Shown: positions 29,539 through 39,142 of the stretch, one piece after another
How the letters are laid out: the number at the start of each line of letters is the position of its first letter
Numbering within the stretch: position 1 is the stretch's first letter
Virus record (IMG/VR): IMGVR_UViG_3300029827_000001
Coordinates: 22,763 to 86,762 of that record
DNA from: a virus
Direction: 5' to 3' (one strand)
DNA length: 64,000 bases
The notes under the pieces: model-generated
Database searches by the model: none
What the model saw: only the letters and a program-made list of their open reading frames with translations
Told to the model about the DNA's origin: nothing
Translations under genes and position numbers: made by a program

Positions 29539-30368
29539 GCGTAAAAATATATAAAGTCAAAGAGATTTTAGATAGCTTAGAGGAATGTATAGTTGAGAGA
29601 AAACCTTTCTCTCTAATAAGATTTGGAGATGGAGGGATCAAATTGATCCACTCATATTTCTATAGAGATTATAATCAGTTGCTTAAGATATGTAAAAAAG
29701 AAGGTCTACCGAATGATAAAGTTGAACATATAATTAGACTTTGGGCAAGATATGCAAACGAAGCTGATTTTATTGACTCTCCTCAAGTATATTTCTCTAA
29801 TAAATTCTGGGGTAAATACAAAAAAGGGTTTATCCACGCTTCTGATAAAACTTTAATTAGAATGAAAATGTGGAAGGATTTATATCAAAGGGCAGGTATT
29901 GATATTCATAAGGTCAAATTCTGTAACCCAGAAGTAAATTACTTGATGTGTATAACTATACCTTCTAAAAGAACTATTTTTGAGTTAATGAAAGGTAGAA
30001 AAATATGTTGTATAACGTCTTGTCCTGAAGCGATTAATAATTTATCAAAGTATAATATTGACGTTGTCAAGATTGTTGGGCACTATGAAAATCAGTTTGA
30101 AAATTCTTTCTCAGATGTAGTTAGTGTTATTGAAGGAAGAGCACTGTTATATGACTTTTGGATGGTTGGTGCTGGAGAACTTGGGAGAATATACTCAGGT
30201 TTGATAAAAGCTAGAGGTGGTCGAACTATTGATATGGGATTTGTTATTGACTATTGGAAGAATCATGAGATACCAGCACGTCTTGGTGAATTTGTATCTT
30301 CTCATCCACTAGATCCTCTGAAATTTGTCTTAACTAAATATGGAAATCCCTATGCAGACCATATCTAA
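29535..30368 (+). CDS. GT-D fold (DUF1792-like) glycosyltransferase
   Basis: PFSLIRFGDG, VGAGELG, TIDMG. Confidence 0.7.
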   Translation: MSVKIYKVKEILDSLEECIVERKPFSLIRFGDGGIKLIHSYFYRDYNQLLKICKKEGLPNDKVEHIIRLWARYANEADFIDSPQVYFSNKFWGKYKKGFIHASDKTLIRMKMWKDLYQRAGIDIHKVKFCNPEVNYLMCITIPSKRTIFELMKGRKICCITSCPEAINNLSKYNIDVVKIVGHYENQFENSFSDVVSVIEGRALLYDFWMVGAGELGRIYSGLIKARGGRTIDMGFVIDYWKNHEIPARLGEFVSSHPLDPLKFVLTKYGNPYADHI

Positions 30369-31095
30369 GATTGATATTACAATGACAAGTGTTCTTCGAC
30401 CTGGAATAGTTAATGAAACGCTTGAGTCATTTTGTAATAATCTCTTTACCGAAAAGAGCAGGTATCGCCTAGTAATCAATATTGATCCAGTTGGTGAGAA
30501 AGTAAAAGCAAAAGAAGTAGTAAAAGTTTGCCAAAAATACTTTGATGATGTTGTTTATAATATTCCAAACAAACCATCTTTTCCAGCAGCTGTAATATGG
30601 ACATGGAAAAATTCCAGGTCAGATTGGGTTTTTCACCTTGAAGATGATTGGAAGATAAATAGTAAAGTTGACATAAATCATATGATCAGCATACTTAATA
30701 AGTATAAAGATGTTGCTTGTCTCAGAATGTCAAAACATCCTCTTCCTAGGAGAAAGATAATTAAGCTATTTAGATCGAATTATAGTTTTAAACCAGAAGG
30801 TTTTTTTATTGGTCAAGATAGAAAAGCTCAGTTTGGACTGAATCCTGTACTTATAAGAGGAAAATTCATTAAACGAGCATTACCATATATGGTTACTACT
30901 AAGAACCCTGAGAAGCAGTTTAGATATGGCAATGAACTTCTAAGAGACTTTATTATGAAATGGAGATATGCTATTTATGGAAGACCAGGTCAAGGTGCTC
31001 TAGTGGTTGATAACGGATCAAAATGGAGGAAAGATTTTGGATTTGATAAACCAGACCCAGAGGAGGGTCCGTTTTTAGTATGGAAAAAGAAATAA
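30340..31095 (+). CDS. GT-A glycosyltransferase
   Basis: ITMTSVLRP...TLESF, VINID, VFHLEDDW, FGLNP. Confidence 0.8.
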   Translation: MEIPMQTISKIDITMTSVLRPGIVNETLESFCNNLFTEKSRYRLVINIDPVGEKVKAKEVVKVCQKYFDDVVYNIPNKPSFPAAVIWTWKNSRSDWVFHLEDDWKINSKVDINHMISILNKYKDVACLRMSKHPLPRRKIIKLFRSNYSFKPEGFFIGQDRKAQFGLNPVLIRGKFIKRALPYMVTTKNPEKQFRYGNELLRDFIMKWRYAIYGRPGQGALVVDNGSKWRKDFGFDKPDPEEGPFLVWKKK

Positions 31096-31847
31096 AATTA
31101 TTCTGGAGTCGTCAAGATAATAATTTTGGAGATAAATTATCTCCTTATATTGTTGGAAAAATATCTAAAAGAAAAGTAAAATATTGTAATTCTCCAACTC
31201 CAACTAGAACAGTATATTTGGCTGTTGGAAGTATTTTACATCATTTAGGTTCTTCTATGAAATGGTGTGAAATTTGGGGTTCTGGTTTAATGGATCAGAA
31301 TCATAAATTGTTATCTCCCAAGAAGATTCATGCAGTTAGAGGTCCACTAACTAGACAATTTCTAATAAGACAGAGTATAAATTGCCCAGACATTTATGGA
31401 GATCCAGCTCTTTTATTACCTCGGTTATTTAATCCTGACATTGAGAAAAAATATAAAGTTGGTATTGTTCCACACTTCGTCGATCAAAAAGATAACTGGA
31501 TTGGTATTCAATGTTTAAGAAAAGATGTTTTGTTTATAGATGTTTATGAACCTGTTGAGAAAGTTATTACTAACATTTTATCTTGTCAAGCAATCCTTTC
31601 TAGTTCTCTACATGGTTTAATTGTTGCAGATGCATATAGAGTTCCATCCTTATGGATTGAACTATCTGGTAAAGTAAAAGGAAAAGGTTTTAAGTTTAGA
31701 GATTATCTATTATCTGTTGGAGTTGAACCTTATAAACCATATACTCTTGGTCTTCCTTATAGGAGTATTGATGCCCCTTTGAGGTTTGTAAAGAAATATG
31801 ATCTAAAGATTGATCTGGATAAGCTTTTAGAGAGTTGTCCATTCTGA
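31080..31847 (+). CDS. polysaccharide pyruvyl transferase family (ExoV-like)
   Basis: NFGD, AVGSIL, WGSG, AVRGPLT, GDPALL, VPH, SSSLHGLIVADAY, FKFRDY. Confidence 0.92.
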   Translation: MEKEIKLFWSRQDNNFGDKLSPYIVGKISKRKVKYCNSPTPTRTVYLAVGSILHHLGSSMKWCEIWGSGLMDQNHKLLSPKKIHAVRGPLTRQFLIRQSINCPDIYGDPALLLPRLFNPDIEKKYKVGIVPHFVDQKDNWIGIQCLRKDVLFIDVYEPVEKVITNILSCQAILSSSLHGLIVADAYRVPSLWIELSGKVKGKGFKFRDYLLSVGVEPYKPYTLGLPYRSIDAPLRFVKKYDLKIDLDKLLESCPF

Positions 31848-31859
31848 GGAGTTACAAAA

Positions 31860-33140
31860 ATGAAAATTACTTTGATATATCTACCTCATCCGTATTTAAA
31901 GCAACCAGATGCTCAGGCTCCTTTGGGTATTATGTATCTGGCATCAGTCATAGAAGAAAATGAATTTGAAGTTGAAATAAAAAATTATTCTTCTTACTTA
32001 ACATATGAAGCGATTGCTGACCTTAATGAATCTGACTTTTATGGAATAACAGTAACCAGTTTAGAACTTCCACAAGCAAATAGATTTGCATACCTTATAA
32101 AGGAAAAGTTTCCAGAAGCAATTATTGGTTTAGGTGGTCCCGGAACTTATACAGAAGAGTTTGTTGACTGGTCAGTTGTGGATACTATTTGCAAGGGAGA
32201 AGGTGAGATTACTTTTCTTAATATGTTAGAAGATGTAAGGAATAAGAAACTAAAGAAAATCTACAACGGTCAAATAGTTGATAATCTTGATACAATTCCA
32301 TTTCCATCAAGAGATTTACTTAAGGATAAGCAAGGAGGAAATATCTTTGCGTATAACAAAACATATAAAGAAGGAGGTAGTACCGTTCTCTTAACATCTC
32401 GTGGATGTCCTTTTAAATGTACTTTCTGCTCAGCTCCCAAGTTTACTTATAGTAAGAAGGTTCGTCATAGAAGTTCCAAGAATGTTAAACAAGAAATAGA
32501 GCATGTCATCCAGAAGTATGGCATAAGGCAATTCAGAATTTCAGATGATATGTTTACTGCTAATAGAGATAGAGTCCTAGATTTATGTGATCACTTGAGT
32601 TCCCTTGATATAGTATGGAGAATTTCGACTAGAGTTAAACCAATTGATTATGAGATGTATAAAATTATGTTTGAATCTGGTTGTCGAGAAGTTTCTTTTG
32701 GAATTGAAAGTTTTGACGACGATGTATTAAAAGTTTTAAGAAAGGGAACTACCTCTAAAGATAATGCTAGAGCATTAGAGATAGCTCATCAAGTTGGAAT
32801 GAAAAGCAGAGTTTTATTTATGATAAGAACTCCAGGTCAAACTAAGGAGACAGTTAAAAAGAATATTGAGTGGCTACAGAAAGTTCCATACGATATTATT
32901 TGTGTAACTAGTTTTGTTCCCTTACCTGGTTCTGAGATATGGGAAAAACCAGATGAGTTTGGAGTAGAAATTTTATCTAGAAATTTAGATGACTATAATT
33001 TTTACTTCTTCGGTTCTTCAGGAGAGAATGAACTAAAAAATGTAATTAAGATTAAAAACAGAAGTTTGGAAGAGTTTAATGAAGAAACGCAGTATTTTAA
33101 GGATTGGATTAAGGCAACTGGTAAATTGAATATTGGGTAA
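31860..33140 (+). CDS. cobalamin-binding radical SAM enzyme (class B methyltransferase-like)
   Basis: PLGIMYLAS, GGP, GEGE, TSRGCPFKCTFC, DDMF, FGIES, PLPGS. Confidence 0.92.
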   Translation: MKITLIYLPHPYLKQPDAQAPLGIMYLASVIEENEFEVEIKNYSSYLTYEAIADLNESDFYGITVTSLELPQANRFAYLIKEKFPEAIIGLGGPGTYTEEFVDWSVVDTICKGEGEITFLNMLEDVRNKKLKKIYNGQIVDNLDTIPFPSRDLLKDKQGGNIFAYNKTYKEGGSTVLLTSRGCPFKCTFCSAPKFTYSKKVRHRSSKNVKQEIEHVIQKYGIRQFRISDDMFTANRDRVLDLCDHLSSLDIVWRISTRVKPIDYEMYKIMFESGCREVSFGIESFDDDVLKVLRKGTTSKDNARALEIAHQVGMKSRVLFMIRTPGQTKETVKKNIEWLQKVPYDIICVTSFVPLPGSEIWEKPDEFGVEILSRNLDDYNFYFFGSSGENELKNVIKIKNRSLEEFNEETQYFKDWIKATGKLNIG

Positions 33141-33145
33141 AAAGC

Positions 33146-33841
33146 ATGAGCATACTGAATGAATCTCAAGAGCAACGTGATATAGAACTATCTAAGATAA
33201 CCAAAATCTCTCTGAAAAAGATTAAATCAATTATACCGAAAAGTCCTGACTCAATAAGAATTTATGATGGGCAGTCTTCTATTAAAAGTGAAAATGATAT
33301 TCTATCATTGTATAAAGAGTATAAGTGTTTAGATATTATTGCGTACTTAAAAACTTTAATGGTTACTAGTATTGAATCTAGACATCGTGAACTATACTCT
33401 CTTATTAGAAAAACTAGTAGAAAAGTGTGCCTAGATTTTGGAAGTGGAGTTGGAACTCATGCAATTGCTCTATTTGAGAATTCCAATGAAGTTTCTATAC
33501 TCGATGTCCCAGGGCCTCTTCTTAATTTTACTTTAGATCGAGTTAGGTTAAGAGGATTTAATCCAAAGGTTTACTACCATGATTCTCAACTGCCCGATTC
33601 ATTCTTTGATTTAGTTATTTGTACCGATGTATTAGAACACGTATATGATCCAGTACGAGAGTTAGCAAGAATAACCAATTGCTTAAAGAGATCTGGTATA
33701 TTACATCTACAAGTCAGTTCAAAGATTAAACCTTCTTCTGGTCATTTTGAATCTTCAATTAGAAAGTGGAAAATTGAGGGACCTAAGTTTCTTGGTGGTA
33801 ACTATAAGAAAATTGGTGAAACTATATATAGGAAATTATGA
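33146..33841 (+). CDS. class I SAM-dependent methyltransferase
   Basis: LDFGSGVG, FDLVICTDVLEHV, LKRSG. Confidence 0.9.
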   Translation: MSILNESQEQRDIELSKITKISLKKIKSIIPKSPDSIRIYDGQSSIKSENDILSLYKEYKCLDIIAYLKTLMVTSIESRHRELYSLIRKTSRKVCLDFGSGVGTHAIALFENSNEVSILDVPGPLLNFTLDRVRLRGFNPKVYYHDSQLPDSFFDLVICTDVLEHVYDPVRELARITNCLKRSGILHLQVSSKIKPSSGHFESSIRKWKIEGPKFLGGNYKKIGETIYRKL

Positions 33842-34323
33842 TGATTACTGCTAAACTTACTCAGGGGAAAAATTGCTCCATATCTAAAAACGCGCTTATA
33901 GGATTTAAGGAACACGGTGGAGAAATTATTCTTGGTAACAATGTTGTAATCCGGCATGGAGTGATTCTAAGAACTTGTACTGGTGTAATAAAGATTGGCA
34001 ATAATACTATTATTAACTATCATTGTATTATGCATGGACTTGGTGGAATCACAATTGGTAATGATGTTGTGTTTAGTCCATATGTTCAAATATATGCTCA
34101 AAACCATGGAATCTTACCAGATAAGTTAATACGAGAACAAAAGAATACTGGTCAGGGAGTCATAATAGGAAATGATGTTTGGATAGGTGCAGGAGCAATT
34201 ATTACAGATGGAGTAATGGTTCAAACTGGATCTATAATAGGTGCAGGTTCAATTGTAACAAAAAATATTGGAAGTTATCAGATATGGGCAGGAAATCCTG
34301 CTAGAAAAATTGGAGATAGATAA
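33838..34323 (+). CDS. hexapeptide-repeat (LbH) O-acyltransferase
   Basis: IGNDVWIGAGAII, GSIIGAGSIV, AGNPARKI. Confidence 0.92.
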   Translation: MMITAKLTQGKNCSISKNALIGFKEHGGEIILGNNVVIRHGVILRTCTGVIKIGNNTIINYHCIMHGLGGITIGNDVVFSPYVQIYAQNHGILPDKLIREQKNTGQGVIIGNDVWIGAGAIITDGVMVQTGSIIGAGSIVTKNIGSYQIWAGNPARKIGDR

Positions 34324-34911
34324 TTGAAGAAGTTAAAGAATATACCAGTTTTGGTAAAGTGGATTCATTGGAGAATGTCGAATTTAGTGAGTGAGTATGA
34401 ACCTACTAGCATTATTGATATGGGTGGGGTTGGAAGAATAAAGAGTTTTGTAAACTGTAAAGTTGTAGATGCAAATCTTAAAGCGGGAATTGATGCAACT
34501 AAATTACCATTTAAAGATAACTCATTCGATATATCCTTATCAATTAATACTTTAGAGCATATTAAGAATAAAAAGAAATTTCTCTTAGAAGCAATTCGAG
34601 TAGCAAAAGTTGCTTCGATACATTGGTTTCCTTATGGAGCAGGTGCTAAACTAACTGAGAAGTTAAAAAAAGAGCTTGGCCACAAGCACCCCTGTAGTAT
34701 CCCAGAATATCAGGATATTCTCCCATTTTTAACTGACTCAAAGACTAGTTGTAAATTTAAAGAATCTATAAGTTGTAAAGATCATTTACTGCTGTTAGCA
34801 TCTATAAATGAAAAAATGAATAACAGTAAAACATTTGAGTTTATTGAGAAATACGGAAACGTACCTTATAGTTTTATCTTGTCAGCAGAATATCGAAGAG
34901 GTGAAGAATGA
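34324..34911 (+). CDS. class I SAM-dependent methyltransferase
   Basis: IDMGG, DATKLPFKDNSFD, LEHI, EAIRVA. Confidence 0.82.
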   Translation: MKKLKNIPVLVKWIHWRMSNLVSEYEPTSIIDMGGVGRIKSFVNCKVVDANLKAGIDATKLPFKDNSFDISLSINTLEHIKNKKKFLLEAIRVAKVASIHWFPYGAGAKLTEKLKKELGHKHPCSIPEYQDILPFLTDSKTSCKFKESISCKDHLLLLASINEKMNNSKTFEFIEKYGNVPYSFILSAEYRRGEE

Positions 34912-35801
34912 AGATTCTCTATTTTTCGGACGGATATGCTTGGCATGTTATGGGAACCAAACGCTCGATTTATGAAGAAGTTCAGAAACGGGGTCATGAA
35001 GTTATCTATCTTGATAAGGGTTTAGTTTGGAATATACCACAACTTATATTTGATCATAATCCGGATCAGATTTGGTTAGTTCATACTGGATTATCTTTCT
35101 CGGGACAAGATAGAAAGAAAATAAAAGTACCAATTGTTGGGTTCGGTTTTAGTGATCCAGTGTATAGAATTATAGACTATAGTATCTTTGATATTTATGT
35201 AACTAACCATTTTGAGACATATAAGAAGGTTTCAAAAAAGATGAAATGTATTTATAACCCAACTGCGTGTGATCTTAAATTTCACCAGAAACTTAGCATT
35301 CCAAAAACGACAGATCTCTTAATGATTGGAACTGGAACTCATGCTAGGTTTAAGAGTAAGAAAATGAGAATAACATATGTTAATAAACTTAGAAAAGATA
35401 CAAGTTGGATTGTCACAGCGTATGGAAAAAATTGGCCTAAGCATATTAGAAATCATGGTCATATTGAAGGTCAAGAATTTCTAGTTGCTATAAATAGCGC
35501 AAGATTAGGTTTAGATATCCAAGATGAAGTATCTCCTTTAGCTCATAGGATGTTTGAATTTGGAGCGTGTGGAGTTCCAGTTATAACCAAACACAGACCA
35601 GAAGTCTTAATACATCTTGAAGATGGTAAAGAAATTCTAACCTATCATAACTATAATGACCTTTTGGAGAAAGTAAATCATTATCTTAATAACCAATCTG
35701 AGTTAGAACAAATAAGTACAAATGTATTGGAAAGGTGTGTGAGAGACCATAATATAAGTAATAGGGTTAATCACATATTGGCAGAACTTCAACGAGGGTA
35801 A
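34908..35801 (+). CDS. glycosyltransferase (CgeB / Glyco_trans_1_2-like)
   Basis: RGHEV, FSDP, YGKNW, RMFEFGACG, DGKEILTY, RVNHIL. Confidence 0.82.
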   Translation: MKILYFSDGYAWHVMGTKRSIYEEVQKRGHEVIYLDKGLVWNIPQLIFDHNPDQIWLVHTGLSFSGQDRKKIKVPIVGFGFSDPVYRIIDYSIFDIYVTNHFETYKKVSKKMKCIYNPTACDLKFHQKLSIPKTTDLLMIGTGTHARFKSKKMRITYVNKLRKDTSWIVTAYGKNWPKHIRNHGHIEGQEFLVAINSARLGLDIQDEVSPLAHRMFEFGACGVPVITKHRPEVLIHLEDGKEILTYHNYNDLLEKVNHYLNNQSELEQISTNVLERCVRDHNISNRVNHILAELQRG

Positions 35802-35804
35802 TAA

Positions 35805-36836
35805 ATGACTAAGGACTTTTGGTTATTTAGAACAAACCTGAGGCCATTAGAGTATTACCATCAGTATAAGAGCTTAGAAAACTTTGAAAAGAATTGTCAT
35901 GACTTTTATCTACTAATGGGAATATGGTTTCTTAGAAACCACATATACGATAACTTTATTGTCTGGCGACTAAACCCGAAAAGACAGAAATTAGCAGATA
36001 TTACTTTTAATATAGATGGTAAGAAATTTATCCAGAGATGGGTAGATAACTTTAATGAAGTATTCGATTACATCCCACCAAAAATTTCCTTCTTTCGAGG
36101 AGGATTCCCTGAGTACTGTAAACTTACAAAAATCAATCCTGACCATTTTGGGAAGAAACTATACCTCGGTGCTGGCAAAAGAGTCTATCCTCAGCATGGT
36201 GGTAACTATGATTTAATACTTTTAGAAAGTGAAAAAGATAATCAAAACGAATATAAAACTGCACCTTTCTATAAAACTGCTAATAATGAGATATTTAAAC
36301 CACTTGGAATGCCAAAAAAATATAACCTATGCTGGATTTGTAATTTTGCTCAAATAAGGCACAAAGGTCAAGAATTTTTTATAAGTGAGATTTCTAAATC
36401 TATTCACTTAAAAGGATTATCTATTGTTCACTTGGGGAATAAACCAGAAGATGGGCAAAGAATGTGTAAGAAATATGGAGTTAATAATATTGACTTTGTT
36501 GGGTGGGTTGAAAGACCAATTCTAAATGAGTATCTAAATTCTAGTTTTTTTGGGGTAGTAACATCAAATGAGCAAGATGGTTGTCCTAGAGTTATAACAG
36601 AAATAATGATGTCTGGAGTACCTCTACTATTAAGAAAAAGAACTAGACTCCTTGACTTCTATAAAAGGTCTGGAGTAATAATATTTGATGATAAAAGTTT
36701 AGAAATGAAGATACAGCACGCGATGCATAAGTATCAAGATTATAATAATCAAGCGAAAAAAAATGTTGAAGAAAAACTAATCATGGATAAAGTCTGTAAT
36801 ATGAACTTAAATCTATGGAACAACTCAAAAAAATGA
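35805..36836 (+). CDS. GT-B glycosyltransferase (GT4-like)
   Basis: RHKGQ, IDFVGWV, DGCPRVITEIMMSGVP. Confidence 0.8.
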   Translation: MTKDFWLFRTNLRPLEYYHQYKSLENFEKNCHDFYLLMGIWFLRNHIYDNFIVWRLNPKRQKLADITFNIDGKKFIQRWVDNFNEVFDYIPPKISFFRGGFPEYCKLTKINPDHFGKKLYLGAGKRVYPQHGGNYDLILLESEKDNQNEYKTAPFYKTANNEIFKPLGMPKKYNLCWICNFAQIRHKGQEFFISEISKSIHLKGLSIVHLGNKPEDGQRMCKKYGVNNIDFVGWVERPILNEYLNSSFFGVVTSNEQDGCPRVITEIMMSGVPLLLRKRTRLLDFYKRSGVIIFDDKSLEMKIQHAMHKYQDYNNQAKKNVEEKLIMDKVCNMNLNLWNNSKK

Positions 36837-36854
36837 GGGGACCCGACTCCCCTC
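36827..36854 (-). terminator. intrinsic terminator of leftward cassette
   Basis: gagggga-cccgac-tcccctc stem with a T7 tract on the - strand. Confidence 0.6.
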
Positions 36855-36880
36855 TAATCACGAGTTCACTTCTGATCTCT

Positions 36881-37912
36881 TTAGAAAACCCAGTGATAAA
36901 CCTTTTTGGCTTTTTCGCTTACCCAGTTATAGGCACCCGAGAAATAGTTACTTTTCTTTTCCTCTTTGGCCTTGACAGTTCCTTCTGCTTCAGCAGCTCT
37001 CTGGATGGCGTCGATGGGCTCATTGTCAATCTTGACCTTGAAACTGTCTCCCTTTATCACTCCATTTAAGTTCTCAGAGTGAATGACAATCTTTTGCTCA
37101 TCGGTCTTCCAGAGGATTGAGGCAAAGCGAACAGATTCCTGGCGGATTGTCAAGTCCCCCTGAACCCAATTTTTGATTGGATCAGGCCATGTTCGCCTAT
37201 CTGGGTTTGACATAAACGCAAAGCATTTCTTGAGACCCATTGATCTCATTTTGTCAATGATAATCTCAAGATCTGTTTCATCCTGACCTTGGAAGTCGGT
37301 CCAGAAGACTCTGCCACCTAATGAGTTATAGGCTCTCCCAACTAGTAAAGAATCGTAACCCCAACTCTTCACCTTATGGGACATATCCTCAATTGCCTTT
37401 GATCTCACTTGATCTTTGTAGACGGTTGTAGGAAATATCATAGTGAAACCATCTGAATCAGTGATAGTTTCAACGCCGATCAACTCGGGGTTTTTGACGT
37501 CTTTGATTCTTTTTGATAAAACGTCAACCAACTGCTTTTCAAGGTGTTGCTGCTCTGCTGCGTAGTTGATTGCTTTCTTGATTGCTTCAGGTCCAGTCTC
37601 ATGGAAAATGTATACTCCTGCTATGGTGAAGATCAAAGCAAGAGAAACTATTGAGTACATAAGGACCCTAATTACATAAGCAAACCCACCTTGAGCTTGT
37701 TCCCTCGGTTTTCTGAACAACCGAAAGCTTTTCGGTTTGTCGACCAACTCTGAAAGTTCCCGACTGACTCTTGATAGATTTTCCTTGATCACTAGTAGTC
37801 TCTCCTTGTCCTCGGTGGTTGCGATTCCCTTATTGACTCTCTCTTCTAATTCTGCGCTTTGACGGAGTAAGGAGACTCGCTCCTCACGAAGTAATTTTTC
37901 TTTCTCCTTCAT
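36881..37912 (-). CDS. membrane-anchored hypothetical protein
   Basis: N-terminal coiled coil, single TM, large C-terminal domain; AAGGAGG RBS. Confidence 0.7.
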   Translation of the reverse strand: MKEKEKLLREERVSLLRQSAELEERVNKGIATTEDKERLLVIKENLSRVSRELSELVDKPKSFRLFRKPREQAQGGFAYVIRVLMYSIVSLALIFTIAGVYIFHETGPEAIKKAINYAAEQQHLEKQLVDVLSKRIKDVKNPELIGVETITDSDGFTMIFPTTVYKDQVRSKAIEDMSHKVKSWGYDSLLVGRAYNSLGGRVFWTDFQGQDETDLEIIIDKMRSMGLKKCFAFMSNPDRRTWPDPIKNWVQGDLTIRQESVRFASILWKTDEQKIVIHSENLNGVIKGDSFKVKIDNEPIDAIQRAAEAEGTVKAKEEKKSNYFSGAYNWVSEKAKKVYHWVF

Positions 37913-37936
37913 AGTAATATCCTCCTTCTACTTTGG

Positions 37937-38125
37937 TTAGACTATTTCTTCCCCTCCTGTTTCTGGAATTGCAAAACCCTTAATCACTCTCCATCCATAG
38001 GATGGAAAAGCAATTGCTCCAATGATTGTTCCGACAATTGATCCTACACAACCTCCTAGAAATGCTAGAGATAAGAGAATCAGTACACACGCCACCACCG
38101 CCAGAACATCGAGAACTAGTTTCAC
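37937..38125 (-). CDS. small membrane protein
   Basis: Hydrophobic glycine-zipper-like 62 aa; AAGGAGG RBS. Confidence 0.6.
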   Translation of the reverse strand: MKLVLDVLAVVACVLILLSLAFLGGCVGSIVGTIIGAIAFPSYGWRVIKGFAIPETGGEEIV

Positions 38126-38177
38126 CTTCTATCCTCCTTCCAAATATTAGTTTTAGATACAATAACTTTATTCCAGT

Positions 38178-38192
38178 AATTAATATATATAG
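38178..38192 (-). promoter_or_regulatory. class A motif CTATATATATTAATT
   Basis: Exact copy at divergent junction. Confidence 0.7.
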
Positions 38193-38274
38193 CTTTGGGA
38201 CAGTAACCAAAGAACTATATGAGACATAAATTTTGGATATGAGAACATATTATAAAAATGAAAGGAGTAGTTTT

Positions 38275-38874
38275 ATGGTAAATTTAGGTCCATTAAAAGA
38301 AGATGTGCGAGATCTATTAATTCTTTATAGCGGCGGAGCAGATAGTCGGTTGATGCTGGAAATCGCTTTTAGAACAAATAGAAAGCCTTATTGTCTACTA
38401 ATTGATTATGGACAATTACATAAAGAAGAACTAGATTTTGCTGTTAATCAACTTGACAAACTTAAAGTTCCTTGGCAATTAGTCTCAGTATCAGGTTTAC
38501 TATATGATAGTGCTTTAACTGGAAGTGGTGAGCAGGGCACGTTTGGAAGTAAAGATGAAATTAGTATTTTTCATGTTCCAGGTAGAAATACAATGTTTGC
38601 AGGCATTGCACTAGGAGTTGCTGAGAACAAAAGGATCAGTGAGATTTGGCATGGGGCTGATTTTTCAGATCGTTTAAATCTATTTCCAGATTGTTATCAA
38701 GAGTATGCAGTTAAGTTGAATGAATTATTTGCAATTGCTGGCCCAAGTCCAATTAAATATTTAGTTCCTTTAGCTGGTATGACAAAAGAGATGATACTTG
38801 ATTTACTAAAAGCATATGGGGTTAATTTAGCTACTATTTTTTCAGGATATGGAGAGATTCAAGCAGAGTTATAA
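38275..38874 (+). CDS. queC: 7-cyano-7-deazaguanine synthase-like (QueC), lacking the C-terminal Zn-binding Cys cluster
   Basis: LYSGGADS, DYGQLH..E, SALTG, VPGRN, FPDC; likely start MVNLG after AAGGAG. Confidence 0.85.
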   Translation: MVNLGPLKEDVRDLLILYSGGADSRLMLEIAFRTNRKPYCLLIDYGQLHKEELDFAVNQLDKLKVPWQLVSVSGLLYDSALTGSGEQGTFGSKDEISIFHVPGRNTMFAGIALGVAENKRISEIWHGADFSDRLNLFPDCYQEYAVKLNELFAIAGPSPIKYLVPLAGMTKEMILDLLKAYGVNLATIFSGYGEIQAEL

Positions 38875-38895
38875 GACAAAAAAATAACTGAGAAA

Positions 38896-38926
38896 CAAAA
38901 AGGCATTGGTGAAATATGCCTTTTTG
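38896..38926. terminator. terminator hairpin between convergent units
   Basis: caaaaaggcat...atgcctttttg. Confidence 0.6.
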
Positions 38927-38952
38927 ACTATCCGTTGAATCTAGTGGATAGC

Positions 38953-39129
38953 TTATTCACTACCGAACTTTGATTCCATCATAGCTGAGACAAACAGGTT
39001 TAAGCTCTCAGCGATTGCGATCAGAGCAAACTTTATCTTCTCATTGTCCCTATAGTCAGGACCATCAGACTTTGCTCTGTCGATGTACTTTCTTATTTCT
39101 TTTAGTGTGAGCTCTTCTTTAGTGCTCAT
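38953..39129 (-). CDS. small hypothetical protein (58 aa, below cutoff)
   Basis: MSTKEELTLKEIRKYIDRAK...; AGGAGG RBS. Confidence 0.6.
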   Translation of the reverse strand: MSTKEELTLKEIRKYIDRAKSDGPDYRDNEKIKFALIAIAESLNLFVSAMMESKFGSE

Positions 39130-39142
39130 TGTTTCCTCCTGG

